Position numbers and translations under genes: made by a program
The notes under the pieces: generated by a model
Databases searched by the model: none
Seen by the model: the letters and a program-made list of their open reading frames with translations, nothing else
Told to the model about the DNA's origin: nothing
From: Octopus vulgaris
Taxonomy: Eukaryota
Assembly (NCBI GenBank): GCA_951406725.2
Contig: OX597816.1
Span: 18,848,001-18,912,000, forward strand
DNA: 64,000 bases
Reading direction: 5' to 3'
In this document: positions 1 through 13,760 of the stretch, one piece after another
Layout of the letters: every line of letters begins with the position of its first letter
Position numbering within the stretch: the stretch's first letter is position 1

Positions 1-719
1 TTTGGTTGAACTGCTTGTTCATTTCCCTGTGGATTCTAACGACCACTATTTTCTCTCGGAAACGTAGCATTTATGATTCACTTTATGTCATGTGTAGAAG
101 AATACATAGTGTGGGGAAGCAGTAAGAATATAGCACTAAAAATTGCAAAACATCAAGGCCAGAAGGAACAGAAGTAGATGTGAATGAATGATTGTAGACA
201 TATGAAGAAATCATGCAGTTTCTATCTTGGGGCAAATATCACGTCTGTTTTCGCTGCTGCGTCATCTGTCGCAACTCCTCGGATAACCTGGGCCCGATTA
301 AATAGAAAATATAAGTAAGACACGTCCATAAAATATTCTACAGAACCATCCATAAACATCTATATCAAGATGAGAAAGTTGATGCTTGTCGCTTCTTGAT
401 TTACCAAGAACCGAAATGCTCGAAAGCACCTTTAATACTGAGTGACTGTAATAAACAAGGTGAAAGAATTTCTTGTCCGCAAGGTGCATTCAGCTAATCT
501 CTTTGTATATATGTGTGCGTATGTATTATAGATGCATGCATGCAAATATATACGTTAAAGTTTTAATATAATTTAGTGCATTGCTTTAGATCTTGACAAC
601 ATTCATTTATGTAAATCATATAGAGAAGTATAATCATGCGTGATTGTCCGGCCAGTTGTTAGGTGTAACTGCAAATTTTGTGGGATATTCTTGGGTAGAC
701 CTAAGACATGCTTTATAGG

Positions 720-1020
720 CCTAGTATTTATTCTATTGGTCTCTTTTGCCGAACCGCTACGTTACAGGACGTAAACACACCAGCGTCGGTTGTCAGTCGA
801 TGTTGGGGGAACAAACACAGACACACAAACGTATACGCACACACATACATATATACAACGGGCTTCTTTCAGTTTCCGTCTACCACATCCACTCACAATG
901 CTTTGGTCGGCCCGAGGCTATAGTAGAAGACACTTGTCCAAGGTGCCACGCAGTGGGACTGAACCCAGAACCATGTGGTTCGTAAGCAGGCTACTTACCA
1001 CACAGCCACTCCTATGCCTA
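720..1020 (-). mobile_element. tRNA-derived SINE family A (3'-truncated)
   Basis: Reverse complement matches 1791-2179. Confidence 0.85.
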
Positions 1021-1669
1021 TGATAGAAATTAGATAGAAATTAAAATTTTCTCTGATTTTACTGGCAAAAGAATCTGGAAGATACGAACTTCCAACTCAT
1101 TACCCACGAATAGATAAACAACTTTAACTTTACAATATTTTCTATAAATCATATTCTTTAACACATCATTTACTACTATCTGAAGATTATTCTCCGAAAA
1201 CATCATCACTATAAAACATTTTCATCTATTGTGAAGCGTATTTTATTTCAGCTTTTGTTAATTATGGAGTCGAAGGTAAAATTTTGTGGCGGAAATAAAT
1301 AAGCTTGTCCTTAATCTTTCTTAATCTTAAGTTTGCCCTTTTCTTTAATCTTTAAACATCATTTTTCTTGGTTTGACATTTGATATATTGATATTTTTAT
1401 TTACTATTTTTCATTGGATTTTCTCGAATTGCGTTCACGAGCAATGTCACTGTGTCTTAACTGATTAATTAGTAATTTTGTAGTAACCAGAGTCGCGTGG
1501 TATTCTTCAATTTTGGAGACGTTAGACGCTTTCTCTAGTTGTTTTTTTCTCAACTGCTATGTTTTCATTGGCTGGTTTGGGGTTATACGTTTTATGTTAT
1601 CGGATGTGTTTTATTTTCAATGCGTATTCTGCCTACGCGTTTTATCATTTTAAATTTAGAGGCCTATAT

Positions 1670-2410
1670 TTTCTTCTTCTTAGCAGTGTTCATTCCCTTG
1701 TCATCCAAGCAGGGACGTGGTCTTGCTGCCTGCAGATATCCAGCTGCGCAACAATTTTTCATGTAGCTGTGTAAAGTTCTTTAGCCAATAGGCGCAGGAG
1801 TGGCTGTGTGGTAAGTAGCTTGTTTACCAACCACATGTTTCCGGGTTCAGTCCCTCTGCGTGGCGCCTTGGGCAAGTGTCTCCTACTGTAGCCTCTGGCC
1901 GACCAAAGCCTTGTGAGTGGATTTGGTAGACGGAAACTGAAAGAAGCCCGTCGTATGTATGTATATATATGAGTGTGTGTGTGTCTGTGTTGGCCCCCCT
2001 AGCATTGCTTGACAACCGATGATGGTGTGTTTATGTCCCCGTTACTTAGCGGTTCGGCAAAAGAGACCGATAGAAAAAGTACTGGGCTTACAATAGAATA
2101 AGTCCCAGGGTCGAGTTGCTCGATTAAAGGCGGTGCTGCAGCATGGCCGCAGTCAAATGACTGAAACAAGTAAAAGAGTAATAGCCTTGTACTCTATCCG
2201 GGGTTGGTCCTTTCCAATTTGCTATCATTTTAAAAATTCTGACTCACTGCATATAGATTTATTCTGACTTCCCTTTGTTTTGGTTTAGCTGCAAGTTGCT
2301 TTTCCATCTTTCTTAGCCACTCCGCGCTTTCTTTATGTCTGGCTAGCCTGTACCACAGACCTCAACATTCTCCACTTTCTTCCACATCTGGAATCAGTTC
2401 CTGAATTTAT
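1670..2410 (-). mobile_element. R4/Dong-clade LINE fragment (start of RT region), split by a SINE
   Basis: Removing SINE 1791-2179 and one AATA restores ANWKGPTPDRVQGYWLKNFTQLHEK; upstream RHKESAEWLRKME; downstream VPAWMTR. Confidence 0.72.
1791..2179 (+). mobile_element. tRNA-derived SINE family A (CORE-like domain, internal TA/TG microsatellite)
   Basis: A box TGGCTGTGTGG, B box GGTTCAGTCCC, CCTTGGGCAAGT CORE-like segment, AGTAAAAG tail, AATA TSD; many copies in window. Confidence 0.9.
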
Positions 2411-2418
2411 TAGCTATC

Positions 2419-2615
2419 ATTCTTCTTCTTCTTCTTCTTCTTCTTCTTCTTCTTCTTCTTCTTCTTCTTCTTCTTCTTCTTCTTCTTCTTCTTCGTCTTC
2501 TTCTTCGTCTTCTTCTTCTTCTTCTTCTTCTTCTTGTTCTTGTTCTTCTTATTGTTCTTGTTCTTGTTCTTCTTCTCGTCGTCGTCGTAGTCATCCTCCT
2601 CCTCCTCGTCGTCGC

Positions 2616-2646
<31 letters not shown>

Positions 2647-2652
2647 TTCATC
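2419..2652. repeat. Compound trinucleotide microsatellite (TTC/GTC/ATC)
   Basis: Direct reading. Confidence 0.95.
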
Positions 2653-2663
2653 ATTGTTTCTAT

Positions 2664-2835
2664 TGAAGCGGCGCGCTGCCTTAATCGTTTTCGTTCTCGG
2701 TTCACACTCCACCGAGATCGACTTCGCTTTTCATCCTTTCGTGGGGTGTATATAAAATTTGTGAAACGAGGTCGTTCTAATCGATTTTTGTCTTCCTTTG
2801 AAATTGCTGGCCTTGTGCCAACAAATTTCAAAAAT
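2664..2835 (+). mobile_element. SINE family C, diverged
   Basis: gatcgacttcgcttttcatcctttcg ... ggccttgtgcc. Confidence 0.65.
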
Positions 2836-3532
2836 CATTATCTGTTAAGTCATCACTTCTAAACCCATCAAATTACTTTCACACCGCTTTTGCAATTGGC
2901 TGTGCCTCAAAATTCATTACATATCCTGACACGGCCGGTCGTCGTTTTGTTACTGTTTGATGTATCAATGAGCATACGTTATTTGTTTCATAGCAGTGTT
3001 AGTTTCCTTTTATGCCCACATTGATTTGATTTCTTTCTATAGAGAATTCCATTTGTTTATCTTTTGTTTCTATTCACAATAAGTTTCATTCTGGTTTATT
3101 TCGTTTGTTCCGAATGTATAGTTCTTTCAAATTTCATGTTTATATATGCTATTTAAATAATAACCTCTGTGTAATAATCACAAAGAACAACATATCGCAA
3201 GTACAATGTATATCAAATGCTATTTCACGTCTGTTTTGCTTGTTTTAGAATATTAGGTACAACACTGATTTGTTTATTCTGCGTTCTGTGTTTTGTTGTA
3301 CATGTTCACCATTTACGCAGTTACAGTATTTTCTTTCACCAATTTATATCGGTCAACTCTGTGCTGCTAATATATAAGAATCAATTCAGCTTTCGATTCC
3401 TAGTGGGCCTTATGACGTACTTCACTGAAATGCTTCGGAGCAAATTTATTTCTCATCGAAGCCCATGTCCACACAGCGCAGTTGGTCTGACGAATTATTA
3501 TTATTATTATTATTATACAGCCTTTTTTTTTT

Positions 3533-3900
3533 GGAAGCACTCCGTCGGTTACGACGACGAGGGTTCCGGTTGATCCGAATCAGCGGAACAGCCTGCTCGT
3601 GAAATTAACGTGTAAGTGGCTGAGCACTCCACAGACACGTGTACCCTTAACGTAGTTTTCGGGGATATTCAGCGTGACACAGAGAGTGACAAGGCCGGCC
3701 CTTTGAAATACAGGTACAACAGAAACAGGAAGTAAGATTGAGAGAAAGTTGTGGTGAAAGAGTACAGCAGGGATCACCACCATCCCCTGCCGGAGCATCG
3801 TGGAGCTTTAGGTGTTTTCGCTCAATAAACACTCACAACGCCCGGTCTGGGAATCGAAACCGCGAGTCCGCTGCCCTAACCACTGGGCCATTGCGCCTCC
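3533..3900 (-). mobile_element. tRNA-derived SINE family B
   Basis: Reverse complement of 11219-11598. Confidence 0.9.
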
Positions 3901-3912
3901 ACTATACAGACT

Positions 3913-5100
3913 AAAAGCAGCGAGATGACAAACTCTTTAACGAGTCGTTGCATTTTTTCAGACACATTATTTCTAACGACGAACCTTACCTTTCTTCATT
4001 TTAGGACTGATAAAATAAGGTACTAGACAAACGCTGAGTCCATGTACTAAACTTTCTCTCTCTTCCTTAAAACTATTTTTGCCGAACGTTAAATGAATTA
4101 AGGCAGTGAGCTGGGAAGAATCGTTAGCCTGAGAGACAAGATGCTTTGCGCCATTCTTTCTGGCTTTTTGCATTCTGAGTCCAGCTTTCACTGAGTTCAA
4201 CACCACCGACGTTGCTTTCATTCTTTGAATATCAATAAATAATACCAGCTTAGCACTGGCATCGATATAAGCGACTTGCTTCCTTTGCTTAAGCTTACTG
4301 GTTTCATACAACAATTTGAAAAGATTAATATCGATAACCACAGCAAAAGTGTGGCGGACAGGTTAGTGCCTAGGGCAAGATAATTAGCTGCATTAAACCT
4401 GACTCATTAAGGTCTATGTTCTAATTCCACCGGGGTCAAATTTGCTTTCTTCCTTTAAGGGGTGAATAAAACAAAGTGCGGATGAAGTACTGTGGTCTAT
4501 GTAATGAACTTAAACCTTCCATTAAAAATTACGTCCTTCCGTCAAAATTGAAAGGGGTCATTATTGTTGTTATTAATATCGTAATTAATATCATATTAAT
4601 CGTTGTCATTATTATCATCGACTCCATAAAGCAGAATCGGTAGCAGACTGGGCGAAAGGCTTACCGTTATTTCGTCTGTGTTCAAATTCCGCCGGGATCG
4701 AATTTGCTTTTCATCCTTTAAGAGTAGATAAATTGTGAGCTGAGTAATGCGCTGGATGTAATCAACTTGTACCTTCCCCCAAAATGTCAGGCATTGTGCC
4801 TATAATAAAAAGGATTATTTTCATCGACCCCATAAGGCGGTGAGCTGGCAGAATCGTTAGCACGCCGGGCTAGGTGGCATTTCGTCTGTCTTCATGTTGT
4901 GAGTTCAAATGCCGCCGGGGTTGACTTTGCCTTGCATCTCTTTGGGGTCGATAAATAAGATACAAGTGAAACACTGGGGTCGATGTAATCCCCCAAACTT
5001 TCAAGGGCTTGTGCCTTCAGTAAAAAGAATTATTATCATCGACCCCTTGAGGTGGTGAGCTGGCAGAAACGTTAGCACGCCGAGTGAATTGCTTAAATTA
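3913..5100 (+). mobile_element. Head-to-tail cluster of ~6 SINE family C copies
   Basis: Repeated GGCGGTGAGCTGGCAGAATCGTTAG heads and GTTCAAATTCCGCCG..TTTGCCTTTCATCCTTT..GATAAA segments (Meta-domain-like). Confidence 0.8.
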
Positions 5101-5189
5101 TTTGTTTCTGAGATGTTGATTGTTCTGATGTATTTTAGAATTTCATTGACGTTTTTCTTTTTTTGGTTCAACGTCCATCAATCAACATA

Positions 5190-5885
5190 TTTAAGGTTTG
5201 AAAATAATGTCGCTATCGTTCTCCTGTAGTCTTACATTTATTCTGTCGTAGATTGCTTTTGTTCATGTGTCACGTCACTATTAGTTTTATCGTCTTCTTT
5301 TAGATCATCTATATGCCTCTCATCAAGTAAACTACTATTGCTCCTTTCCTGAGCTATGAGATTACTCTTAGTAAGCAATGTATTTTCATTCTTATCTATG
5401 CTACTATTGTCCATTATCCGTCTTTTGATAGCTTCGAGCTCTACTTCCGTGAACCAAGAATGTTTTCTTATTGCTCTAGCTTGATCACATAATATCTATT
5501 CCGTGAGTTGAAACAATCCCTTTTCTCTCCAATGATCAGACATACGTTGTCGGTAACCCCTAATTTGAGCACCATTTTCATCTACCGAGTTGCTCAGGTA
5601 GTAACACTCCATGGCCACAGCATTAATTTGTTTGCTCCATCTACGCCGTGCTTGGTGGTCCCTTTCTGGATATTGACAGGCTGGAGCCGGACCGGAATCT
5701 CTGAAACTACCGGGTTACCATCATTGGCTTCAGTTTCATTACCACCGTCTTTCACAATATTTTGTTTTTTCCTTGTCACTCATATGAGATAGCGATTATC
5801 AGGTTGCGCAATTACCAATGTTTTTATTATGACACCATCACGAGATATATTATTACTAGCCCATAAGCAGACTCCACCCGTTTCC
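5190..5885 (-). mobile_element. R4/Dong-clade LINE 5' fragment (N-terminal Myb-like domain)
   Basis: Degenerate AMECYYLS...[46 protein letters not shown]; bordered by (TAT)n. Confidence 0.68.
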
Positions 5886-5887
5886 TT

Positions 5888-5918
<31 letters not shown>

Positions 5919-7481
5919 CATCATCACTGATATCACTGGTATTATTGATTTTATTTGTAGTAGTAGCAGTGGTTGCAGCAACAGCAACAGTACAGGGGTC
6001 GCGGTAGTAGCAAGAGTGATTGCTGGGCCTCAGATTCTTGTGCTATCATAATAGTAGTAGTTGTAGTATTATTAGTCTTTAGTATCAGCAGCTGTAACAT
6101 ATTATTAATTGTATGTTTTTCATTATCACCATCACCACCACTAGTTGGCCATCAGATTAGTGAATAGATAATATTCCACAGGTCTATAAATAAATTCGAC
6201 AGATGGTGGAGAGGTAAGCCATAGAGACAAAAGGATCTTCGCACCCCTTCGGTTAAATGTATTTACTCATACCAATGGGCGTTGACAGCCCTTCCTTGAT
6301 AATTGTTGTTGTTGTTGTTATTGTTCTTCTTCTTCTTCTTCTTGTTATTATGGGTGTGTATGTGTGTGTGTCTGTGTGTGTCTGTGTGTGTGTACGTGTG
6401 CGTTCGTTCGTTCGTATACACACACAGCGGTCTTTCACATAAATCTGTATACGAAAAATCACTCATGTTATTCGTTGGTCATGGAGTAATAGTAGAAGGC
6501 TTTTGCCCAAAATACCGCTCAGTAGGTCTGACCCTAAAATCACCTGGTTGCAAGGTCAGATATCTATCCACGAAGACATGCCTTCTCCTGATAGGTAATA
6601 TGCCGTAAAAAATTGTGCCATTTCTCCTATTAAATGTACTTTAATCAATCGAATGTTTTTTAGTCGTAAAATGAGGTTAAAATATTGTCCGAAGGGAGAG
6701 CATCTATGTAATAGATGAATCCGAGCGAAGTTTATGACTCAGAATAATGGAACACTTATGCATTATTATTGATTAATTTTAATTGATGAAAATTGATTTC
6801 TTAATCAATCTAGCATATTTAAGCATCATACAGGAATATTTCCAGACAATTCCAAAACGGTGCCTCCAGAGACAAGTAAATATTCACGTAGTCATATGGC
6901 GGCTATAATCAATATTAAATAATATATATTTAAATATTATAACCTATTATCTTCAAATTTTTCTCAATTATGCATGAAAGCATTCAATAATCCTTTGCAC
7001 GATAGGCAGATTAACATTAAAATGAATCTAGCTTTATATTTGATTGCAAATATATAGTATATAAACTAGCGCATAAGTGGCATTATTGTAATACCCTGTC
7101 ATTGAATTATAAACGTACCCGTCTCGTTTGCCACAAACCACAACACCACCACCATTACACACCCCACCAAAAGTGAACGAAAGAAAACATAGCGACAGTG
7201 AATCTAATTGCTTCACTAGAGTGTTGTCTCAAACTGAAAACCACGCAACTGCAAATACGTATGCAAATTGCTATAGTCACGCAAGCATAATTTCAGGTAG
7301 CAACACATAAATACACACTTGCTCAAGCATAAAGACGCACACAAACATTCCTAACCGTACAAACTCAAGCGTATGTATACGGGTGTCTGTGTGTATGTGT
7401 GTATAGACATACAAAAACACACACACACATATATATATGTATATATGTGTATATATATATATATATATATACATATATACA

Positions 7482-7524
<43 letters not shown>

Positions 7525-8752
7525 CGTACGTGGGAAGCGGGTGTGCATGTGTAGGTACGGACATGCGCGCTTACACGAATTCTATGAACATTTTTACCCC
7601 CTTACTTTTATTCCTTCTCCTCCCATTATCGGTCATTCTAATATCTCTTTTGTCTTAATAACGGTCAATCACACAATAATTTCCCTTTGATTTAATGGTC
7701 ATTTTCATAGCATTCTTTTCCGATGGCCGGATAACTGAATAGATGGGGGCGTGGATTTTCACCCCGACATCCGAAACTCGGAGTTTTATAATGGCTACCG
7801 AAAATCATCACACACACACACAAATATATGTGTGTGTGTGTGTGTGTGTATACACAAACATATACTAAGATGTTTCAAGTTATTCCATTACTGTATTGCG
7901 TGCACTAAGAAGGGAATAAACAATGTTGGTGAAGTTTTTTTGCATATTCCAATACCAGGAAAAGCCTCATCAGCAACAACGACTACTTAAAGAAATCCTT
8001 GGGCTGGAGTGTTGTCGCATGGAAAAAATGTCATCCGCCAAGAGTAGGGAACCACGAAGAAATAGTGGATGCAGCGACGCGCTGTTACAGTGAATGCTCC
8101 TATACTATTAGTACTACTACATTTTGTAAGAGGAACTGTTATACTTGTAGTCAATCAAGCGACTGTTTAGGGGCTACGTGACTAAGAATCCTAAACATAT
8201 ATTAACATATGATATGGGACCACAACATAAATGGTTATAATTCAAAAATATTCTTTAACAAAGAATTTTCTTGAAATATATCGTACAATATTTCCTTAAA
8301 ATTTTCCTCATAGTACTTAATCAAAGATTTTGAATTGACGCAGAGACAGCCAATCAGGAAATTTGTTAAGTTTATTTTTTCCTTTTAAGTCTTCTGATAT
8401 ATATTCTAAAGTTTTGTTTTTCGTATACTTCAAAATGATTATATAATGCGTATTTTCTTTGTTTTTAAATTGTCTTTCTACTTCACTGCGCCGTGAATTT
8501 CAGTGCCGCTCAAACCATTTGAAATTTAACTAAAAGTGTCTTCCGTTATTTCTGTGTTTAATTACTTTTCTTCTTAGAGTTTATTTTATAATGTTCATGA
8601 AAAAAGAATTCGCTTTTGAAAATTTATCTTACGGGTAAATGTCTTCGACTCTTTCATTAAACTCTTTTTATCATACTCAAAATATTTTAGCGTATTAGAC
8701 ACCCGTTTTGAATGTATTATCATTCTTATTGTAGTGATATGTCAGCTACATC

Positions 8753-8968
8753 AAGGCGGCAGCGGGCAGCAACGTTAACGCGCCGGGCGAAAGGCTTAGC
8801 GGTATTTTGTCTGTCGTTACGTTTTGAGTTCAAATTCCGCCGAGGTCGACTTTACCTTTTATCATTTAGGGGTTGATAAAATAAGCACTAGTTACGTACT
8901 GGGGTCGATCTAATCGAGTGCCCCCCTTCCCCCAAATTTCGGGTCTTCTGCCTGGAGTAGAAACGAAT
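8753..8968 (+). mobile_element. SINE family C
   Basis: gagttcaaattccgccgaggtcgactttacc ... ctggggtcgat. Confidence 0.85.
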
Positions 8969-9295
8969 ATGTCACCTACATCGTCTTCAGTAGCACTAAT
9001 TGCCCGTTATTAGTACTATCAATCTGTTGGTTTCGTTGAGTTTACACCAATCTCCAGTTTACATCAGGTGCTGGTTTGTTTACGTTTTTGTAACTTACAT
9101 GTTCGCCACAAGATCTCGATAAAATCAGGCACCGAATTTAAGCAAATTATTACTGTTCCTCAAAACCTTCAAACCGATTCTCTACCATGATTACAGTACA
9201 ATGCCTGAGAGAATTAAGAAAGGAAAAAATGTCAGAGATTCTTTCACACACAGACACACACAAATATGTGCATGTATATATATATATATATATGA

Positions 9296-9498
9296 TAGAT
9301 CGGTAGCCACTACACACATTTTTCTCTCTTTTTTCTCTTCTTGTTTCTCTCCTTGATTTTTTCTGTGTCCCTTTCTGTAGAAGAGCTTAGGCTCGAAACG
9401 TAAAAGAATTTTTCAATTCCTGAGCGTTATACTAATACATCTGATAGTTTTGTACACCACCTGTCTTCGTCTTTTGTTTTCTTCGTAAACTCTCCCTA
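9296..9498 (+). mobile_element. Short (TA)n-associated element with hammerhead-like motif at 9371-9406
   Basis: CTTT-CTGTAGA-A-GAGC(ttag)GCTC-GAAAC-GTA-AAAG; related copy on minus strand at ~21130-21300. Confidence 0.6.
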
Positions 9499-9871
9499 TC
9501 TCTCTATATAAACAGCAGTTTGTCTGTGCGTGTTTCTGTGTGTCTGTTTGCTTGTACCTTCACCCTGACCACGGCTTTCAACCGATTCTGATGAAACTTG
9601 ACACACACATAGCCCAATGTCATAATTCAAAACTAACGCAGCGAAAATTTTGAAAAGTTTCCCCAGTTCTGAAAAAAATCGATAAATTCGACATGGGGTC
9701 CAGAATCAGAAACACAAACTGTCTAGGGGACGCAACTCCACCTTTTTTAACTAAAAAAAAATTTACCATCATTTTTTTCCATTTTTTTGCTATTTTTTGG
9801 CTATAACTCTCTAAAAATGCTTTATAGTTATTTCCCTTACAAACCTGAGCAACGCCGGGCGATACTGCTAG
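9499..9871 (+). mobile_element. Non-autonomous Helitron
   Basis: A|TC start, subterminal hairpin CCTG-agcaacgc-CGGG, CTAG|T end, no TSD. Confidence 0.85.
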
Positions 9872-9881
9872 TATATATATA

Positions 9882-10211
<330 letters not shown>

Positions 10212-11218
10212 TGTCAAAATTTTAAATTTCCATTTTGTGTATTTCCTTAGTGATACGCCGACCGTTATGTATATTCACTGTCTATGGCCTTCGCTGGGTG
10301 TACATCAGGCGTTCCTCGGTTGTGTATAGGCATTTATATATCATATATGCATACATATCTGTATATGTGAGACTACAAATATCTGGTATTTTAGTAGAAA
10401 TGTTTCTCTGATCTTAACTATTGAACAATGCAATATTAATATTATAAAGACAATTCATATCCTAGAAACACTATGTTGCTAGATATAATGATGCTGCGTG
10501 CAACATTTTAAAATCGCCGTTAAGTCAGGGGAATATAAATTTTGGAACGAATTAGAATAGAAGTCTGTAAAAGTAATTATAAACCTTCATAGAGTATGTA
10601 GATATTTGAACAATATTCGCTGGAGAAACAGACTATATTTTAATACTTAATTGGTTTTATATGAATGTAATGTCCACGGTGATTCAAAGTAATTAAAATA
10701 TAGTGATTTTATTTTCTTGAAAAAAAATATATATTGTTCATAAAAACCTAACAAAAGAAAATGTTAAAATCAAATTTAAAAAAAGGATTGCAACAATTAC
10801 TCTTGGTTTTCTAATACTTTCGTACACGCATACAAATTATCACACAAGAAGACACAACCATATATATATATATATATGTATAAATTTGTATTCTTATCTT
10901 ATATGTATTGAATTATAATGTATATATCTATGGTTTTAAGGTTCTCATTTTTGTTAAATGAATAAATAATTCAACATTCTAATATCCGAAAGCTGATGAA
11001 CAAACTAAATTGTTTCTCCATTTCCTTATTTGTATTATAAATTTACGGTAAAAATATTTCTTTACCTTCACCCGTTTAATACAAAAATAAGTTAACTGCA
11101 TTGCAATTGGATAAATACGATGCCTTAGTAGGTTGGATCCATAACCCTTAACTTTTTATTATATATATATATATAGATATATGTGTGTATGTGCGTGTGT
11201 GTGTGTGTATGTGTGTGT

Positions 11219-11598
11219 GGAGGCGCAATGGCCCAGTGGTTAGGGTAGTGGACTCGCGGTCGTAGGATCGCGGTTTCGATTCCCAGACCGGGCGTTGTGA
11301 GTGTTTATTGAGAGAAAACACCTAATGCTCCACGAGGCTTCGGCAGGGGATGGTGGTGATCCCTGCTGTACTCTTTCACCACAACTTTCTCTCACTCTTA
11401 CTTCCTGTTTCTGTTGTACCTGTATTTCAAAGGGCCGGCCTTGTCACTCTCTGTGTCACGCTGAATATCCCCGAGAACTACGTTAAGCGTACACGTGTCT
11501 GTGGAGTGCTCAGCCACATACACGTTAATTTCACGAGCAGGCTGTTCCGTTGATCGGATCAACCGGAACCCTCGTCGTCGTAACCGACGGAGTGCTTC
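11219..11598 (+). mobile_element. tRNA-derived SINE family B
   Basis: Head GGAGGCGCAATGGCCCAGTGGTTAGGG (A box) and GGTTTCGATTCCC (B box); ~380-bp body repeated five times in the window. Confidence 0.92.
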
Positions 11599-13331
11599 CA
11601 TCCATCCATTGAATTCATGTCTAATGATGCTCACCATCCGTCACGATGAATGCAATAATTTATAGGTCTTTGAATTATTGAAAATTGCTTTTCAACGAAG
11701 AAAATAAAATACAAAACTACCAGCGAATTTTCAACGATTGTCGGGGAAAGATGGAGTTCATTCCGACTTACCACGTGTTAAATTTCTCGAGTTCATTTAC
11801 ATATATAAAGAAAGGTGGTTCCGATTTAATTTCAAGGTAACGCAATTTATTACCCAAATTGGTATTATTGAATTTAAAAATTTTTTTACTTATAATTGTG
11901 CAAATTATATTCCAGAAGCATACGTAATTTCTGTATTCATATATATTTTAATTATTGTCTGCATATTATTGTAGCCTTGTAGCTTGGTGGTGAATGAAAA
12001 TATTAGACAATTGAAATAATGTCCAAAACTCTCCCTTGCCTTCAAATAATAAATTAACTATAATTTCGTTAAAAATGTAAACTGGTTTTTCACTTTATCA
12101 TCAATGAACAGAAATGATCTCACCTTTCCTTGATAATCGTTAACAATTCATAGTAATTTTGTTTTATTTCCGGCAAATTAAACGAAAATTTTGATATATG
12201 AAATATATATTACGCAAATCTGGAACTTAGAACTAAGAAGCATATACGTAACAATGTGTCCGTGTCTTTCTCTATACGTATATATATATATATATGTGTG
12301 TGTGTGTATCCAGTATATTCACTCATACACATTGGGATAGAGGCGCAAACGCTCGTCCAAATAGATGCGTATTTGTATGAAATGCTAGTGTAGCATTAAT
12401 GGCTGTTGTTACCAAGCGTGTGTAATTGGAATGATGTTACATTTATTGAAATATCAATAGAATGTCGGGAAATATTTATATTTCCATGATTTTATAGTCA
12501 CGTTTAAAGTAATAACCTTATTCACTTTTATTGAAAATTTAAATATATGACAATCTCTGAAAACCACGATGATATGCAAACATATTTATTTTATGCTGCA
12601 CACGATCAATTCAATATTTTTAAAATTTTTATTTCATGCCACGTAACATGATTTTATTATTCAAACGAATATATTGCATATAATTGGTTGTATATTGGAT
12701 TGTATTACAGTTGCACTGTGTCTGATTAAAGAACCTTTTGAAAATCACTATACATGCAAATACACACAAACATCAAGTCGGGAACACTCGCATACACAGA
12801 CAGATGTATATATATATATATATATATATAAGTATGTGTGTGTATGTCATTGTGTATTTGTGTATGTCTGGACTTGTGTCTGTGTGGTATATGTCTGGGT
12901 GTGTCTGTGTTTGTATTTCAGGTCTTAGCATTAGTTGATGCTTGTTCAGTATTTATATAGAATAATGCTAGTAGTTCACTATTCTTTTTTGAACAACACG
13001 AAATCCTCGATATAATATCGTTCAATTTCCTTCATATTATATAATGCATATAATTTTTGTAATATATTCAAAATACTTTGTCGTAAACATATCCCTTATT
13101 TTTCTTCAAAATTTTATATCACGGTGTGTAGAGCTGAGTATTTTCTGTTATGTTTTAGGAACTATTATTTAATGCATGAACAAGTAAATCAAATTCAAAT
13201 ATGCTTTGTGAAAATATGGATTGAGACAGGTATAAATCAGGTAAATTAAAACATATCATATGCTTTACAAACTATTGCAAACGGTTCGCTTTCTATTAAA
13301 TAGATATGCCTATATATGTAGATGCATCGGT

Positions 13332-13571
13332 TAGGATGCGAAAATAATTTATACATATGTGATGGTAATGTAAACAAAGTGGTAATTCTTACATTAATAT
13401 TTTTTTCTTGCACTGGTAAATTCGCTGGGTAGAGGAAACGAAACTAACCAATCTACCACAAGCAAACCTCTACCCAGCGAATTTACCAGTGCAACAAAAA
13501 ATATTTTAATTAACAATTACCACTTTGTTTGCATCACCATCACATATGTATCGATTATTTTCGTATGCCTA
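13332..13571. repeat. Imperfect ~100-bp inverted repeat with 31-nt spacer (MITE-like or fold-back)
   Basis: Perfect core TTGCACTGGTAAATTCGCTGGGTAGAGG / CCTCTACCCAGCGAATTTACCAGTGCAA with diverged outer arms. Confidence 0.8.
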
Positions 13572-13600
13572 TATATATATATGTGTATGTATGCATATGC

Positions 13601-13649
<49 letters not shown>

Positions 13650-13690
13650 CGTACGTGTATACATATATATATATGCATACATATATACAT

Positions 13691-13744
<54 letters not shown>

Positions 13745-13760
13745 TATACATACTCTTTTT

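Noticed and set aside
2394-2831. Poly-Arg/Lys ORFs resembling protamines
   Set aside because: Translation of (GAA)n/(GAT)n microsatellite plus a SINE.
7940-7990. Minus-strand VVADEAFP resembling a Harbinger transposase motif
   Set aside because: Isolated 8-aa match next to a stop, with no supporting motifs.
11219-11295. tRNA gene calls for SINE heads
   Set aside because: No closing acceptor stem, and each head continues into a shared SINE body.
11301-11553. Recurrent small ORFs MFIERKHL.. and MVVIPAVLFHHN.. as a gene family
   Set aside because: They recur only because they lie inside SINE family B.
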